From Antedon mediterranea (Eukaryota; Animalia; Echinodermata), in assembly GCF_964355755.1 (NCBI RefSeq), contig NC_092677.1:4982101-5046100 (forward strand): a stretch of DNA of 64,000 nucleotides. Reading direction: 5' to 3'. The notes below the pieces were generated by a model. That model searched no databases. It saw only the letters and a list, made by a program, of their open reading frames with translations, and was not told the origin of the DNA. Positions 59,801 to 64,000 of this stretch are shown here, piece by piece. The translations under genes were made by a program, and so were the position numbers. Position 1 is the stretch's first letter. Each line of letters opens with the position of its first letter.

Positions 59801-62030
59801 ACATGCCTTTTTAACATGCTAGTTTTTGATGTTCTGTATTGTTCCTTGTAGTTTGTACTGTAGGTTACATAACAGAACAATTGTATTGTCTTCCCATTAA
59901 TAGACACCCTTCTCTACATAAAACATAATACACCACACCCCTATCATAATAATGGTATAGTCCATATAAGTCGAGGTGGCCGAAAACGGCACCTGATCCT
60001 ATAACGCAATAATAACAGGAAGGTAAATTAATTAACTTAGCCTGGGATTTTTTTTCAGTTCAGGGCTAGGCCTAGAATAATTAATACATGCTGCTGCATA
60101 TTACTAGGCTAGTAGCAAGCAGACTGTGACAATCGGGTCCCTGCAGAAGATGCCCAGCTAAGCCCTATACATTGTACTCTTTATAGACTGGCCTAGGCTA
60201 TATGCCATCAATCTTAGCTACATTCCGAAAATACAGCCAGCTTGCTGTACTATATATATTTACAGTTGAAGCTTGTTTAACTAATTTTTATGATAAAAAT
60301 AAAACAGAACATTTTTTAGGGAAAATGGTTGCAATACAAGCCTGAAATTGAGAACCTTCCAGCAGCACTGTACAAGTAGACAGAGGGGAAAAGCCAGCTT
60401 AGCCATTTTACAACACAAACAAATGTTCTCTGTACTGTAGTAAGTCAAATAGTTATTTTCTCTTTTTATAAGTTATAACATTATAAGTAATGTGTTTTAA
60501 TTACCATAGAAAGGTAGTATACTTATTTGACTATGTCAAAGTAAGCAATTTCACTAACCCAATTTTGCACTAAATATGCATGATCTATTTTTTCCAGATT
60601 TTCATACTTTGCTTTTACTTTTTTTAAAGACGTTGAGCTGATGAAGACTGGAACAGAGGTCACCCAAAGGCAACAATGATAGACTCGGTATTGGAATATG
60701 ATTGGATATTGCAGGAAAATTATTTCTGACTCTCCTGCTGCATTCGGCCAATATGTTCTTGTCCAGCTTGTAAAATATTGTATAATTTTTTTTGTATTAT
60801 ATGTACAGTATATTATTTTGTAAACATAACATTCAATAAATAAAAAAAAAACTACTACTGTACAACAGTACACAAGATAAATTCTTCAAATTTACTTACA
60901 CTTCATAATTTTACTGTAAATATTACAGTGCAAAAGGAGTTAATAAAATATATATATACAGTATATCTTATTGAATTCCTGTATTGTTTTTTGTGTCAAT
61001 TTGTCTACTAATTATCAATGTTTTGATTGTGGCAGTAATTACGACAGCTATAGTCTTCTAAGATCGCTCACATCCATTACAAAGTGTCATTTTAATAGTA
61101 AGAAACGTTTCAATAAATTGTGAATGTTGCCACTGTACGATACATTTTATGTTTCTCACTACTTGCTCTTATTGTTCAATCAATCAACCTAAAAAAAAAA
61201 AAAATTTGTGTCAAAATATCTGCATAAAATGTTTATTTGCGGAATGTTAATTTGAACCTATTGCATTTGATACACAAAATATTTTTAAAATATTGCATCA
61301 GTAAAACATCCAAAACAATATTTAGATTTTCTTTTTTTTTTTATTTTCACTGCCGAATAGATAGTTGAAATCTTTAAATATTAAACCAATTCATCATGAT
61401 TAAAACAAAAATACATCCCTAGCTAGCAGTGTACTGCCTAGGCCTACTACACTCTACTTCTAGAGACAGAAGTAGGCAGCAGTTAGGCTACTCGAGACTG
61501 TCAGCAGTGCTAGTAGTAGTAGTAGTAGACTAGTAGTACAGTAGCAGCAAATTCGGGCCTAGCTAGGCCTCTCCTGTTAAGTTAGCGAAACAAAAACTCA
61601 CCTAAATGAATAAGATTCAACATCAAAGTTACCAACTGTAATTCTAACTTAGCATTCTGCTAGCTATAGTTTCCGTGTTTTCTTCAAGATTCGTCTCGCA
61701 TCACTACTCGACTCTCTCGCACGCATGCATTGCTGCTATCGTTGTTGGCCGTTGATTTGGAAAGCATCATCATCCACACGATGTATCCATACAATATGAA
61801 TATTTATGAGCTAACTCAGGTCAAGGGTTAAATTAAACCGGAACACATTTGTCTTCCAGACAAATAGCTTCCGGTTGGTTAATTTTTGCATTAAATTGCG
61901 ATTTTCCCGTGTAAAAAATTATTTTTTTCAATCCAAATTGAGGTCAAAGTGAATAACTTTTATGTGCAATTAAAATGGCCTATTCAAGAAAAATATTGAA
62001 AAAAAAAATTTTCAGGGGGACAATACATCT
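56897..62030. mobile_element. Kolobok-type non-autonomous DNA transposon, copy 2 (opposite orientation to copy 1)
   Basis: TIR AGATGTATTGTCCCCC ... GGGGGACAATACATCT with TTAA at 56893-96 and 62031-34. Confidence 0.8.
57318..59999. mobile_element. TIR element with 8-bp TSD (Merlin/MULE-like) carrying LINE fragments
   Basis: ~50-bp TIR GGATCAGGTGCCGTTTTCGGCCACCTCGACTT; TSD TATAACGC at 57310-17 and 60000-07; minus-strand LINE 3' remnants at ~57890-58330 and ~59050-59775. Confidence 0.8.
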
Positions 62031-62533
62031 TTAACAACGAACTTTTAAATGGGTTGTCTGTACAACACAGAGTAGACCTCGTATCTTGTATCATCATAAA
62101 GGTACGATAAACAAAACAATTATTGTTTTCATTTGCATAAGATGTTTTCAGTGTGACTTTCTATACAGTTTGCAGTATACTTTCTATTACTAACTTTCTA
62201 TTATTTTATATTTACATAAGTTGTTTTAAACGTTAGCAATATAACAGATCTTCATTTGAAAATGGTTTTTTTGTGTATTAATTAACAGTAGGCCTAGGCC
62301 TACTATTTAATGCAATAACCCAAGTTAATGCTGTTACATATTGTACTAAAAAATGTACATTACAAATAAGAATAGGCCTACTATGAGAAGGATATAATAT
62401 GCTGCTGATTCTTAAAAACATTTCTCCAAAATATTTCTTTCACGATTATGTATCTAAATATCTCTGTGTATAACATTATCCATATATTGTAAATTAACAA
62501 AAAGTTCCCCTCTCCTATGAAATATCCGAAAAG

Positions 62534-63386
62534 TATGGAACGCCGTTTACGTAACATTTCGATGATATGAATTTTATGACGCGATATGTGAATGAAATGC
62601 ATCGATATGAATTGAATGGCGCGATAGATGAATGAAATGTTTTGAATTGAATGCTTTGAATGAAATGTTTTGAATTGAATGTTTTAATGAAATATTTTGA
62701 ATGAAATGTTTTGAATTGAATGTTTTGAATTGAATGTTTTGAATGAAATGTTTTGAATGAAATGTTTTGAATGAAATGTTTTGAACGAAATGTTTTGAAC
62801 GAAATGTTTTGAATGAAATGTTTTGAATGAAATGAAAAGTCAAACTATTGGCGGCGTATGTCATTCCCGTTCGCGATTTTTTCTCAACCTCTTAGGCCTA
62901 AGTCTGGGTACCCTCATCTCCTTTCCACGCTGTCATCAATATGGATCCTTTACAGAGAATCCTAACAGACTTGAAACAGTGGAATACATATTTCCAAACC
63001 CAGGTCTGTTCGGATTCTCTGTAAAGGCAGCGTGGAAAAGAGATGAGGGTACCCAGGCTTAGGCCTAAGAGGTTGAGAAAAAAATCGCGAGCGGGAATGA
63101 CATACGCCACCAATAGTTTGACTTTTCAATTCAATTCAAACATTTCATTCAAAACATTTCATTCAAAACATTTCATTCAAAACATTTCATTCAAAACATT
63201 TCATTTAAAACATTTCATTTAAAACATTGCATTCAAAACATTTCATTCAAAACATTCAATTAAAAGCATTCAATTCAAAACATTTCATTCATATATCGCG
63301 CCATTCAATTCATATCGATGCATTTCATTCACATATCGCGTCATACAATTCATATCATCGAAATGTTGCGTAAACGGCGTTCCATA
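62534..63386. mobile_element. Palindromic IS3EU-like non-autonomous element
   Basis: TATGG...CCATA termini, 6-bp TSD GAAAAG, near-complete fold-back with (TGAAATGTTTTGAA)n arms. Confidence 0.65.
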
Positions 63387-64000
63387 GAAAAGCATCGGAG
63401 CAGTATGCTTTTTATAACGCGATAGTAAACATTTGTTTTTAATTTTTTAAAAGAGGGCGTTGCGTTTCTCCGAGTAATAATATGCCTAATGGCTACAACG
63501 AAATAAACATGACAGAACAGAGAAGATGGAAAATGTTTATATCGCTCACCTCTTCCAAATTACGAATTTAAAATTCAACGTTTTATTTCTACCAACTGTA
63601 CTTAATCATGGTTATCTTAGCTTAGACCCTAATTTTACTTTTCATAAATGTGTAACTTAAACATATTGATTCGGGATGAACGTTTAGTCGTATAACTGTT
63701 CACAATAATGTGGTTCTGCAACCTTTTCTTTCTGTGACGTAATACAATCACGAGGCTCTTCGTAAATGACCTCTTGACTTGACGAAATAAGACTTTCGGC
63801 AGTTTTACATTCGATTTTAATCTCTTTTCTTTCCTACAAAACAAAAAGTAAAACAAAAAATAAAAACAATAGCAATAATTGATTGTTACTATTAATTGTT
63901 ATAAAACAAAATATTGTTTGTTGGTTATCAATGTATGTACCGTGTCGTAGAAAAGATGGTTTATTAGTCACTAAAAATAATAGAAATATTATATACTGGC

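Noticed and set aside
62574-63113. ORFs with FIQNISFK repeats and mirrored ORFs
   Set aside because: Products of the palindromic minisatellite element.

Overview
AT-rich eukaryotic DNA, most likely from a marine invertebrate deuterostome (echinoderm-like; inferred from a Deu-type SINE and the transposon families present). One large, intron-rich + strand gene spans most of the window. I traced it by hand through GT-AG exons that are almost all phase 1-1: candidate N-terminal micro-exons, four atypical Ig-like domains alternating with Ser/Thr-rich linker exons, a TRADD-N-like domain and a tandem DED-like (death effector) region. No signal peptide or transmembrane segment is visible, which suggests an intracellular Ig/death-fold adaptor. 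Its introns are packed with nested mobile elements. The largest is a 14.1-kb CACTA/EnSpm (CMC) transposon with intact termini, a transposase that has lost its catalytic-Glu segment in frame, and an intact 15-exon BEN-domain accessory gene. Others include two Kolobok-type elements, several MULE/foldback-type MITEs (one carrying a periodic cluster of NF-kB-like motifs), a decayed Harbinger MADF gene, a head-to-tail Helitron dimer, L1/Tx1, RTE and CR1/L2 LINEs (the last with a 2A-like DIEENPGP motif), SINEs and an IS3EU-like hairpin. All domain calls come from motif recognition by eye; no database search was run.
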